Positions 1 through 9,439 of a DNA stretch of 17,539 bases are shown piece by piece (position 1 is the stretch's first letter; every line of letters starts with the position of its first letter). Source of the stretch: Ginkgo biloba (lineage: Eukaryota > Plantae > Ginkgophyta); contig JANKJI020000002.1 of assembly GCA_024626585.2 (NCBI GenBank), positions 24,853,038-24,870,576 of the forward strand, given 5' to 3'. Made by a program: the position numbers and the translations under genes. A model generated the notes under the pieces. That model searched no databases. It was given only the letters and a program-made list of their open reading frames with translations, and had not been told where the DNA came from.

Positions 1-474
1 GAATATGTCATCTTTCTCACGAATTGTGACACAGTTAATACAAGACAACCATAGGTTGAGAGCTGTCAAGAAAAACACCAGAGTATACACGGTGCCTGCT
101 GAAGGTGCAAGGTCACTGAAAAAACAGGAGGGAAGGTGTAAAGCTGCTAGAGAAGAGCAGGAAGCTGGGGAAGACAATGCCCAAGAATAATGCAGTGATA
201 AAAGAGCAATGCACAGCCCTTCTTGATAGTTTGGGTAGGATCCAGCTCATACGAACCTGTGAGTTTAAGTTATAATTCGAAAGACTTCCTTGTGCAGACA
301 CACCAGGTAAAGCATAGCAGTGGGATGTCGTTTAATGCTTTTTCATCAAGGCTTGAGCACTCTGAGAGTTTTTTGGAAGTAGTGAACAAATTATACAAAG
401 CCAGGGTCACCTTAGGAGAGGCTCAAATCAGCGTCAATGAAGGGAAATTGAAAATCTCAGGATATGCTTTTTGA
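1..474 (+). other. Coding-like fragment (last exon or pseudogene remnant) of unknown identity
   Basis: Purine-rich and higher in GC than the sequence after about 490. Two consecutive short ORFs in different frames (5-190, 223-474) are followed by an AT-rich UTR-like stretch. No recognisable domain. Confidence 0.25.
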
Positions 475-2146
475 ACTGAAGACGGGAATCATGGATCTTC
501 TTTTGCATATAATATAATGAGTCTCAAATTAAATGGTCGCATTTTATTGGTGTAGGTGATTTAATTTTTATTTTCTTTTTAAGTAATATGAGTGTAAACA
601 AAATAAATGATCATATTCATTCTTTCAAAGGATAAGATTTTCTCTATTATTTTCTTCTAGCCTTTAATGTGTGATTCAAGACATCCAGCTATCTATACGC
701 TGTCCTCTCAAAACATTCCATATATTTTATCACATATGTAAAACAAATCAGGTGTAAAATAGTCGAATGTCCAACCTTTGTTATTCACTAGACAATTAAG
801 TTTTTTGGTAAAATATATATTGATCCAAGCCAAAAATTTGCATAGATTCAGTTCAAAAGATTTATACTAATTCAACCCAACAATATTTGGGTTGTATTTG
901 TGAAATATTATTATTTGTATTGTTTTTATTTTTTTGTGGTTGGATATTAAGTTTTTTANNNNNNNNNNNNNNNNNNNNNNNNNNNNNNNNNNNNNNNNNN
1001 NNNNNNAATGTTTTATTAGTACTTATTTGATTGCATAAAAAGTTAGTATTAAATCAACTACATTTAATTATTGGGCTAAATTTAATTTAATTCATATATT
1101 AATGTATGTTAAAGACCAAAATTGGCCCATGAGACTACAAGAAATACAATATATAAAGAAGACTAGGGGAAGGCGAAAGCCCATTACAAAGAATACATAA
1201 AAGAGAAGAAGAGCTTAAAAGANNNNNNNNNNNNNNNNNNNNNNNNNNNNNNNNNNNNNNNNNNNNNNNNNNNNNNNNNNNNNNNNNNNNNNNNNNNNNN
1301 NNNNNNNNNNNNNNNNNNNNNNACAATTACATCAATAATCAAAAGTTGTGAGAATGTAGGCTAAAGGTTTTTTTATATGAAAGACCTTAGCCATATTTAA
1401 CAAGATACTAAATGGGAACATACCATGCATTCTACAACCAACCTATGCTAACCTCACAAATAATAGGTAAGAGGCAATAATAGACATGAGCAAAATAGTA
1501 TTATGCCAATGCACACACAATACCCATAATTAGCCATTAGGTAACAGGAAATAAAGAGAAAAAGAATAGACTAGTGAGAGAAAACTTCATAATAGTAAAA
1601 CTCTCAAATAGGTTCTCCCTATAGTCATAGCTCCTTAAACAAGCTTATATCTCATAGAACCAAAAGCTAGTTCCTTCCTGCTTGATGGCACATCACTTAT
1701 ATAAAGTGATGCGATAAATTTCTAAGCCATTTTTTATATCTCTTAGGCTTATTTTTCTTTATTCCCAAAATTGAGTATCATGAGTACTCAACTACATAGA
1801 AACTATATATTATACACAATCATTTTATTAAAAATTTTGGGAAATTCATTGAATAGTTTAGGACATGCATACACCTTTATGGATATATAGTCTTCTCTCT
1901 CAAAGACATCTGTCAACTTCAAATTCTGTAGACATTATTTCAATTATGTAGGCACTCACTCTTTGTTTATGCCTCTCTTTCCCTAGAAATTTAAGCATAG
2001 CATCATACACATTAGATACCACTACCTTGATCTCATTAAAGCTTTCTCTACACTTCCATCCATGAAAAACTTTCTTTAAAATGAAAAACCTTAGCATACT
2101 AGTGTGCCTCTTGGTAAGTATTTTCTTTTCCAGTGGATAACTTCCC

Positions 2147-2173
2147 AATGCTAATGCTAATGCTAATGCTAAT
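2147..2173 (+). repeat. (AATGCT)4.5 hexanucleotide microsatellite
   Basis: Read directly; it produces the LALALALAL run in the 1900-2217 ORF. Confidence 0.95.
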
Positions 2174-2640
2174 AACACTAAAGAATGTCTAAATGTTTTT
2201 GCACCACTTTTCACCAAATATATATCTTATAGCACCCTATCAACAAAAAACTATGTTACCTTATATTGTACTTTACAATTCAAGATGCCATATATGAGCC
2301 TTTCTTACTCCATAAATCAATAAATTCTTCTAAATAGATCATTCTGATGACTTCCACTGCTACACCTTTAAAAGCTCCACTTTCTATTTATTTCAATGGA
2401 ACTAATGTACCAATACTATCTCTCAAACCAATTATAATCTCTATCAAAATATTATTTGCATCAATTCTTCTCTTAACCTTTAACCATTTCTTTTGTAGCT
2501 CTTTTCCCCTTTTTGCTCTTTTCTCTTCTCCCTTCAGCGAACGGCAAGTTTATCATCTTTCTTTCATTAGGCATGCTAAATATATCATAAATGGTATCCA
2601 CATCAATGTCTATAAATTAGCTTCCTAGCACAATCCTTTT

Positions 2641-2696
2641 ATTTGAAATAGAATGAATTAATCACAATCGTTTCATTTGAAATAGAATGAATTAAT
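2641..2696 (+). repeat. 22-bp direct repeat with 12-bp spacer
   Basis: atttgaaatagaatgaattaat at 2641-2662 and 2675-2696. Confidence 0.9.
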
Positions 2697-4297
2697 TCAT
2701 TCACCAAATTGGTGCACTGCATAATAATTGGTACAGTCAATATTGTATGGAATTCTAATTCCATAAACTACTCTCTAAATTCAATTTTAGTCTTCATCAA
2801 TTGTAATCCCTTAATTATTTTACTTACTACCTTTTTATACCTCTACGAATGATAAGGTATAGTGTCACCCACCACCAAATTCTTGAATAATTCCTCTCCT
2901 ACAACCATATCTTCAATATCAAGGTTTTGAAAAAAAAAATTGCCCAACTTTAAATTTATTTGAATGCACTTTTGAATCAATCTAAAATCCACCAAAAATT
3001 CTATAACCACACTAGAATATTGTTTATTCCTTAAAAATCCTCTATTCAGTTTACCAACTTTTAATCAATATTCTATAACTCTAACTTCAACCACTCACAT
3101 ACTCGCACTCTTTCTAATTTTGCTATGAATTATAATAGCTTTGTTAGAGAACTCTAGGTACTTTAATTGTATTGTGATCAATCTTTCAAATAGAGTTATT
3201 TATATTACATGATGTTTGATTAGAGCATTATTTTTTTCCCCACTATCCACATCTCAACATTAGTTACCAATCATTTTCCTTATGTAACTATGCTTTTAAT
3301 TTTGATCATTTAAATTTAACAAATCGTGTCCTTTCACTTTGTTACTGGCTTTTTTATTGACTCTTTTNNNNNNNNNNNNNNNNNNNNNNNNNNNNNNNNN
3401 NNNNNNNNNNNNNNNNNNNNNNNNNNNNNNNNNNNNNNNNNNNNNNNNNNNNNNNNNNNNNNNNNNNNNNNNNNNNNNNNNNNNNNNNNNNNNNNNNNNN
3501 NNNNNNNNNNNNNNNNNNNNNNNNNNNNNNNNNNNNNNNNNNNNNNNNNNNNNNNNNNNNNNNNNNNNNNNNNNNNNNNNNNNNNNNNNNNNNNNNNNNN
3601 NNNNNNNNNNNNNNNNNNNNNNNNNNNNNNNNNNNNNNNNNNNNNNNNNNNNNNNNNNNNNNNNNNNNNNNNNNNNNNNNNNNNNNNNNNNNNNNNNNNN
3701 NNNNNNNNNNNNNNNNNNNNNNNNNNNNNNNNNNNNNNNNNNNNNNNNNNNNNNNNNNNNNNNNNNNNNNNNNNNNNNNNNNNNNNNNNNNNNNNNNNNN
3801 NNNNNNNNNNNNNNNNNNNNNNNNNNNNNNNNNNNNNNNNNNNNNNNNNNNNNNNNNNNNNNNNNNNNNNNNNNNNNNNNNNNNNNNNNNNNNNNNNNNN
3901 NNNNNNNNNNNNNNNNNNNNNNNNNNNNNNNNNNNNNNNNNNNNNNNNNNNNNNNNNNNNNNNNNNNNNNNNNNNNNNNNNNNNNNNNNNNNNNNNNNNN
4001 NNNNNNNNNNNNNNNNNNNNNNNNNNNNNNNNNNNNNNNNNNNNNNNNNNNNNNNNNNNNNNNNNNNNNNNNNNNNNNNNNNNNNNNNNNNNNNNNNNNN
4101 NNNNNNNNNNNNNNNNNNNNNNNNNNNNNNNNNNNNNNNNNNNNNNNNNNNNNNNNNNNNNNNNNNNNNTTCTAAAAATTAAATTCTACATGTAGATTGT
4201 ATGACCAATTATAGATAGACATCACTGCAACAACCTCCATGTGGATAGATTTGAGGTGACCCATGAGTAATGCTTGCCTACACACTTTTACATACAC

Positions 4298-4539
4298 TGA
4301 ACAAAAGTGATAATAGTGCATCATAACAACAATTTCAAAAAGTAGTTTCTTACTTTAATGGTACAATACAACATATTTGCTAAGTGGGCCTTATTTTGAC
4401 TAGCATTAAAAAATTTGATGAACAAAAGCGATAATAGTGCATCATAACAACACTTTAAAAAAGGAGGCCCTTACTTTAATGGTACAATAAAACATATTTG
4501 CTAAGTGGGTCTTATTTTGACTAGCATTAAAAAAGTTGA
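4298..4539 (+). repeat. Tandem duplication, 121-bp unit x2
   Basis: tgaacaaaag(t/c)gataatagtgcatcataacaaca...gactagcattaaaaaa(t/g)ttga starts at 4298 and again at 4419, with scattered substitutions and no net indel. Confidence 0.95.
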
Positions 4540-5271
4540 TGTGCCTAATTGCAACACTTCGATTTTATATATGCCATACACTAACACATAAAGATTAGCA
4601 TTTGTTTCATTCAAGTACAACATTATCCTCCAAAATGTAATAATGGTAATAATAACTTTTTTTCATACATTTATTTATTTCTTTCCATTTATAATGGCAA
4701 AAAGTGCATAGGAATTATAATAGGTGCATTTCCAAAAAATATATAATATTTTTCAAATTCAATTTTAAATCCAATACAAAAATTTCTAAAAATTTATATT
4801 CTTACTTTTCATAATCACATAAAAATCATAAAGAACACCATTCTTCAATTAGATTTCATTGCTTAAATTCCGTTGCTTGTGACAATTATTTGCTACAAAC
4901 AACGAACAAGTCTATACTAATAAAATTCTAGTCCNNNNNNNNNNNNNNNNNNNNNNNNNNNNNNNTAAAAACTCTAAATTTGGTGTTAACTATAGGGCAA
5001 CGAAATTTGATTCTCGTTGTATAATCACATACATACTAGTCCTTTACCTGTTCTAAGGTCAAATTTTGAATACATTTAATGCAATTAATAATAGCTACAT
5101 AAGAAAATACCATTGAATAGCGTAAATCACCTGTGTCTCCGACAACCCGTTATTAAGAACGGCACTAAATCNNNNNNNNNNNNNNNNNNNNNNNNNNNNN
5201 NNNNNNNNNNNNNNNNNNNNNNNNNNNNNNNNNNNNNNNNNNNNNNNNNNNNNNNNNNNNNNNNNNNNNNN

Positions 5272-5418
5272 TGTGGTTATAGAATTGGGAGGAAGGTTGA
5301 GAAACCAGTCATAAGCCGCATCTTACACTGTAAATGAGAACAACTTATAAGCTATGTCCTCATGTTGGAGGGGTCCTACGATGTGCAGAGGGGTCTCTCC
5401 TAACCAGTTGGCCACCAT
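5272..5418 (-). pseudogene. Ty3/Gypsy gag (Retrotrans_gag domain) N-terminal fragment
   Basis: Minus strand 5361-5272 reads EDIAYKLFSFTV*DAAYDWFLNLPPNSITT, matching the gag motif EDVxxRLFPxTLxGxAxxWFxxLPPxSITSW. It is preceded by MVANWLGETPLHIVGP (ATG 5418) in a shifted frame and is cut off by the gap at 5271. Confidence 0.85.
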
Positions 5419-5938
5419 ATTTGGGACACTGAAGTTCAGACTGGTAGGGCAACTCGGCTAAGTTCCTGAAACTCTAGATATACCCCTATCGACTCTAAGT
5501 CTCTTATAGATCTATAATGGTTGTAACAACAATAGGCCAGAGTCTGAAGTAGACCTCGTTAAAGGTCTCTTAGTATCTAATATGAAGAGGGTCCCTACTG
5601 ATCTTAGTGATTCTTGTTGAGTTATGGGATGAGCCTTATGGTATTCAAGATGGAAAATGGGCATAGGTGTAGTACTACTCACCAGGACCAAGGGTGTATG
5701 CGTATTATCCAAAAAAAATCCCCTCCCTCCAGCGTTAATCTTATTATTATGGGTGTTTTACACGCCAACCTCAATAGTGATATTCAGGTGTTTCCACTCA
5801 CACATTTTAGGACTCCTACTAGAAATAGAGTCCAAGGTACAGAAAACCCTAGACGTATAGCTCAGTGTGAGTATGTGAGTTTCTAGACCTATTGGTGGAG
5901 CTTTCTATCAAGTGGATATTCATAATGTCCCTAAGTTA

Positions 5939-6741
5939 TGTGATTCTAATGATATTAAAATAAATACCAAAGGGGAGAAAGGTAGGGGAGAGAGGAGGAG
6001 ATGAACTATCTACAAAGATGATGCAACTTAACTTCTTAACCAAAGCATAAGAGGAACAATAAACACCCAAATCTACATATGCTTCAAGCAATCGCTTAGT
6101 AAGTCCTATGAATAAAATGAAATGAACAAGATTTATACAAGATGTGGATGTGCATAACAGAGGTTTGGATTTCACTATGAAAAGGACAATTAATATAACA
6201 TCCAGTTAAAATTGATCACCTATGCCCCGAGATTGGACAAGCACTCACACAACCGATGGTGTATACGGCATAGTGGATTATAGATTGTGTTAGCACATCC
6301 AACTTATCCAAATGCTAAGAACCAATCAGTTAAACAAGCTCAAGGTCATCATAGCTCAACCTTTCTTCCTACTAAACTCTCAAGACATAGTAAAAATCCC
6401 ATTCATAGATGATCTAATCAAGATAACTATCCACAAGAATTTAATAAACAAAGGGAATTAAAATCATTCACAAAACTAATATGAATGTCAAAATTCTCTT
6501 GTTCATTCCCTTCTTAAAACTAAGTTCTTCTGTTACAAAATACCCACACAGATGGGGTGAGAGAGAAAGAGGGAAGATGAATGATCTCAAACCAAAAATT
6601 CCTTTTAATATTTCAGATCTGACAATAGGGTATTACTTCCTCTTTTATACTGGCCCTTATAACTCAAAAATTAACTCTAGTGTATACTAACTACCCACAA
6701 TTACAAAAATGTTAGAGGTGGCCTCCTTTTGTTATTTTACA
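5939..6741 (-). mobile_element. Putative LTR of about 0.8 kb
   Basis: On the minus strand it begins TGTAAAA at 6741 immediately after a polypurine tract. A TATA-like GTATAAAAG lies about 90 nt inside (about 6650-6642), followed by a CT-rich tract, and a second pyrimidine tract lies near the end. A CA terminus is available at 5940-5939, but the distal boundary is uncertain (5910-5940). No second copy in the window and no clear PBS. Confidence 0.55.
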
Positions 6742-6751
6742 ACTCCCCCTC
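6742..6751 (-). promoter_or_regulatory. Polypurine tract (PPT) of an LTR retrotransposon
   Basis: Minus strand GAGGGGGAGT directly followed by TGT, the classic PPT/3'-LTR junction. Confidence 0.65.
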
Positions 6752-8007
6752 GATGGTGACCTTTATGGTCTAAAATGGGCCTGCAGAGACTCTAAGATGG
6801 GATGGCATGATGATAGGTGAGTTGGCGTAGACATCCCTAAGAGTCATGTTGGTTGGGTCCACCTCTACCTGTGAGACAATTGGAAGAAATCATATCGACG
6901 AACCCTTCCCTTTTTATTTGGCTACTAAACACTTATCATAATCAACATTGATATGGGTAGTATTTATAATCAAATCTTTGACCCTAGCATCTTCCTTTGC
7001 CACGATCCTAGTGTGCTCCATTAGAGTGGGGCCCAAGAATTCCTTCATCCACTGATCCCTTTAGGCCTTTCGTGCCACACCAATGATAAACTCATGGAGG
7101 TTCTAATTGCCCTATTCCCCCACTGATGCCAATTTCTTTGAAAATTGATTAGCAAAGTTACTAAGAGTAGCATCAAACTCCATCTCCGTTCACAATGGCA
7201 CGCAGAATGAACAATACGCACACAAATTCACACAAAAAACAATCTCGGAGGCACTGCATTGGTGCTATAGGCTTCTAAATTCTTTCTAAGGATTGCGTTC
7301 AATACCCTCTGCAATGCCTGGAACGTCTTCCTGGAGCACACTGAAGATATGCTTCAACAAGGTTATAAGACTGGTGCAGAGATGTATTAAAGAAGGCAGA
7401 GTGGTATTTAATACAAGAAATGAGAGAATTCATATGACAACGGCAGCGAAAGTCTCACACAAACCAGGAATGCTTTAACTGTTTCCTCTATAATAAACAG
7501 GTCCAGAGTTCGAATCTGCAGGCGGCTGACTTCATTAAGAAGTTAGGTGGACCGAGACGTGTGCCTGTGCCATTCTGCAAGCTCTTGCCCGGAGTCCGAC
7601 AACCGTCTGTGCACACGGCTTCGACATTCAGCTGATCGATGCTCCAAAAAAATTTAATGCAATTTTGTGGGTACAAAGTAAATAAATGAATAAAAGAGGA
7701 TGGAGAGATGCATGCACTGTGACAGCCTACATTTGGCAACAGGAGGCAGCACCACAATACGTTGTTGCCTGTGAAATTGAATGCACATCGAAATATCGAC
7801 TTTGTATAAATGAGATGCATTCAGTGTTCGCCCTGTGGGGTTTGGCATGCTCACTTATTGTGCGCTGCAATCCCTACCTAAACATAACCTCTTTTTGCGC
7901 TCACATTATCAGAACCCAAATCGTTTCCACGCCCTCCAATTTATTCGATACTTGGGGATCCTCGTGGCATCTCTTCTAGCAATCCTTCTCGAGGCCGAAG
8001 AAAAAAT

Positions 8008-8031
8008 TATATATATATATATATATATATA
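8008..8031. repeat. (TA)12 microsatellite
   Basis: Read directly. Confidence 0.97.
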
Positions 8032-8207
8032 GTTTAAGCATTTAGTGCCACAGTTCCAATGTCCTCTTAGTTCCCAAATTTTGAGAATGAAAGCTGAAGC
8101 TTCTGAATATCTGATCCGCGTTTTGACATTTGTGGTCTTCCTTGCTTAGCAAGGTAGTTTCCTTGATTCCATTTTCCAAGGAATGGTACCTGATATTTTT
8201 TGCACTT

Positions 8208-8361
8208 AAATGCTCAATTAATTGTATGAAGATCCTCTTGATTTCACTTGACATGAACTCCAATGAGCCATTAAAATGTTCATGAACTCTAATGAGCCAT
8301 TAAAATGTTCAATTAATTATATGAAGATCCTCTTTATTTCACTTGACATGAACTCCAATGA
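8208..8361 (+). repeat. Nested tandem duplication (about 59-bp block repeated at a 95-bp offset, with an internal 29-bp tandem)
   Basis: aaatg(c/t)tcaattaatt(g/a)tatgaagatcctctt(g/t)atttcacttgacatgaactccaatga occurs at 8208 and 8303. catgaactc(c/t)aatgagccattaaaatgtt occurs at 8252-8280 and 8281-8309. Confidence 0.92.
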
Positions 8362-8385
8362 CCTATTTCCTTATATCTTTTGCAC

Positions 8386-8498
8386 GCAGCAATCTATCTA
8401 GGCGACAAATAGCGAGGCATCTACGCCTATAGATGACTCCAATAAGGCGTCGATGACTCCTCAATGATTGGCCATCTGTCGCTTAGATAGAATGCTCC
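8386..8498. mobile_element. 113-bp foldback element, MITE-like (possibly Mutator-type)
   Basis: Outer arms 8388-8413 (agcaatctatctaggcgacaaatagc) and 8471-8496 are reverse complements at 22/26 positions. Inner arms catctacgcct (8418-8428) and aggcgtcgatg (8444-8454) match at 10/11. Flanks are cttttgcac (8377-8385) and attttgcac (8499-8507), a candidate 9-bp TSD with one mismatch. Confidence 0.55.
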
Positions 8499-9439
8499 AT
8501 TTTGCACAGTTAGGGTTTTGATTTCATCATATACAATTANNNNNNNNNNNNNNNNNNNNNNNNNNNNNNNNNNNNNNNNNNNNNNNNNNNNNNNNNNNNN
8601 NNNNNNNNNNNNNNNNNNNNNNNNNNNNNNNNNNNNNNNCTATTTACTTTTAAGTGTAATATATCTTTCCTGGTTCTCTTCATATTAAAACTAAATAACT
8701 TGAGGTAATCAATATCTATTTTTATACCATATTATATTAACCAGCATATTGACTTGTACTAGAGAAGTGATGGGCAAATTACACAATATATCATTAAAAA
8801 GGTCATTGTTGTTTATTTTATCAAGATTTGGTTCAAATGTTAGACCTTTCACCAAGTTGCAACCCTTTCTGTAGTCAACTAGAGAAGTTGTAAATGAACT
8901 TTATGGATGTTCATATTATTTCCTTTAGGTTAAAACTACGTTGAGAATGTAAAAGGTGAATTCTACTTGGAGGTTATCTATGACTATAAGTAGGAAGCTA
9001 AGTGCAATCCACTCATATCAATCTATGAGAAGAAATTTAAGATATTAGTAGTCTTAGAGGACATATTGAAATCATCCCGTAATGGGTTTTCCTCCACCCT
9101 ATTTTCACCAAAATATTAAGTAATCACATCCATTTTTAGTCTTATGCCTAACTATATCCATGATGATAGTCTGATATTTTATAAACTATTGGTCTTTGTT
9201 TATGCTCATAATCTTGGAGCTATGCTCAAATTATTGCAATCGCTTATTTTTATCATAATATACCTTAAAATATTCCATATACTCTTACTCTAACTCACTT
9301 AACAAATGAAAATGGAAGGAAAATAGTGAGCACAAAAAATATATATTTGTGACCACCTTGTGAGAGAAAGGAAGTTAATGGTTTCATAACTATCATGATA
9401 AATTTTTCACTTGGAAAGATACACAAGTGTTATTCAATG

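Larger units (their letters stand above)
1640..3060 (-). mobile_element. Possible decayed transposon or retroelement accessory ORF
   Basis: The minus strand is purine-rich with protein-like fragments: YSSVVIEFLVDF (about 3020-2985), FIDIDVDTIYDIFSMP (about 2616-2570), the 1900-2217 ORF, and EDYISIKVYACPKLFNEFPKIF (about 1895-1830). These resemble plant transposon-associated accessory domains (LVxEFY.. / IxxxxIxxxLGLP pattern). Resemblance only. Confidence 0.3.

Noticed and set aside
2641-2696. Repeat-spacer-repeat pattern as CRISPR
   Set aside because: Only two copies, a 12-bp spacer, plant context and no cas genes.
3326-4195. Long ORFs 3326-4195 and 3339-4175, and other X-filled ORFs (1135-1326, 5113-5337, 10376-10570, 12456-12641, 15396-15686)
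   Set aside because: They are open mainly because they run through N gaps.
5895-5912. Possible primer-binding site (minus strand tgatagaaagc vs tggtatcagagc)
   Set aside because: Too many differences to assign to tRNA-Met or any other tRNA.
5512-6690. Short ORFs 5512-5712, 5614-5886, 5657-5860, 5936-6175, 6481-6690
   Set aside because: They lie in the LTR/leader of the retroelement, mostly lack good starts and show no domain similarity.
6770-7183. 138-codon minus-strand frame just upstream of the PPT (MEFDATLSNF...KGKG...), possible env-like extra ORF
   Set aside because: Five internal stops, not clearly fewer than chance, and no recognisable motif.
7442-7460. gcgaaagtctcac resembling the RNase P/MRP CR-I motif
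   Set aside because: No complementary CR-V partner for a P4 helix downstream.
8500-8540. AAACCCTAAC as a telomerase RNA template
   Set aside because: No USE/TATA Pol III promoter visible and the upstream flank is AT-rich and unstructured; better explained as a telo-box.
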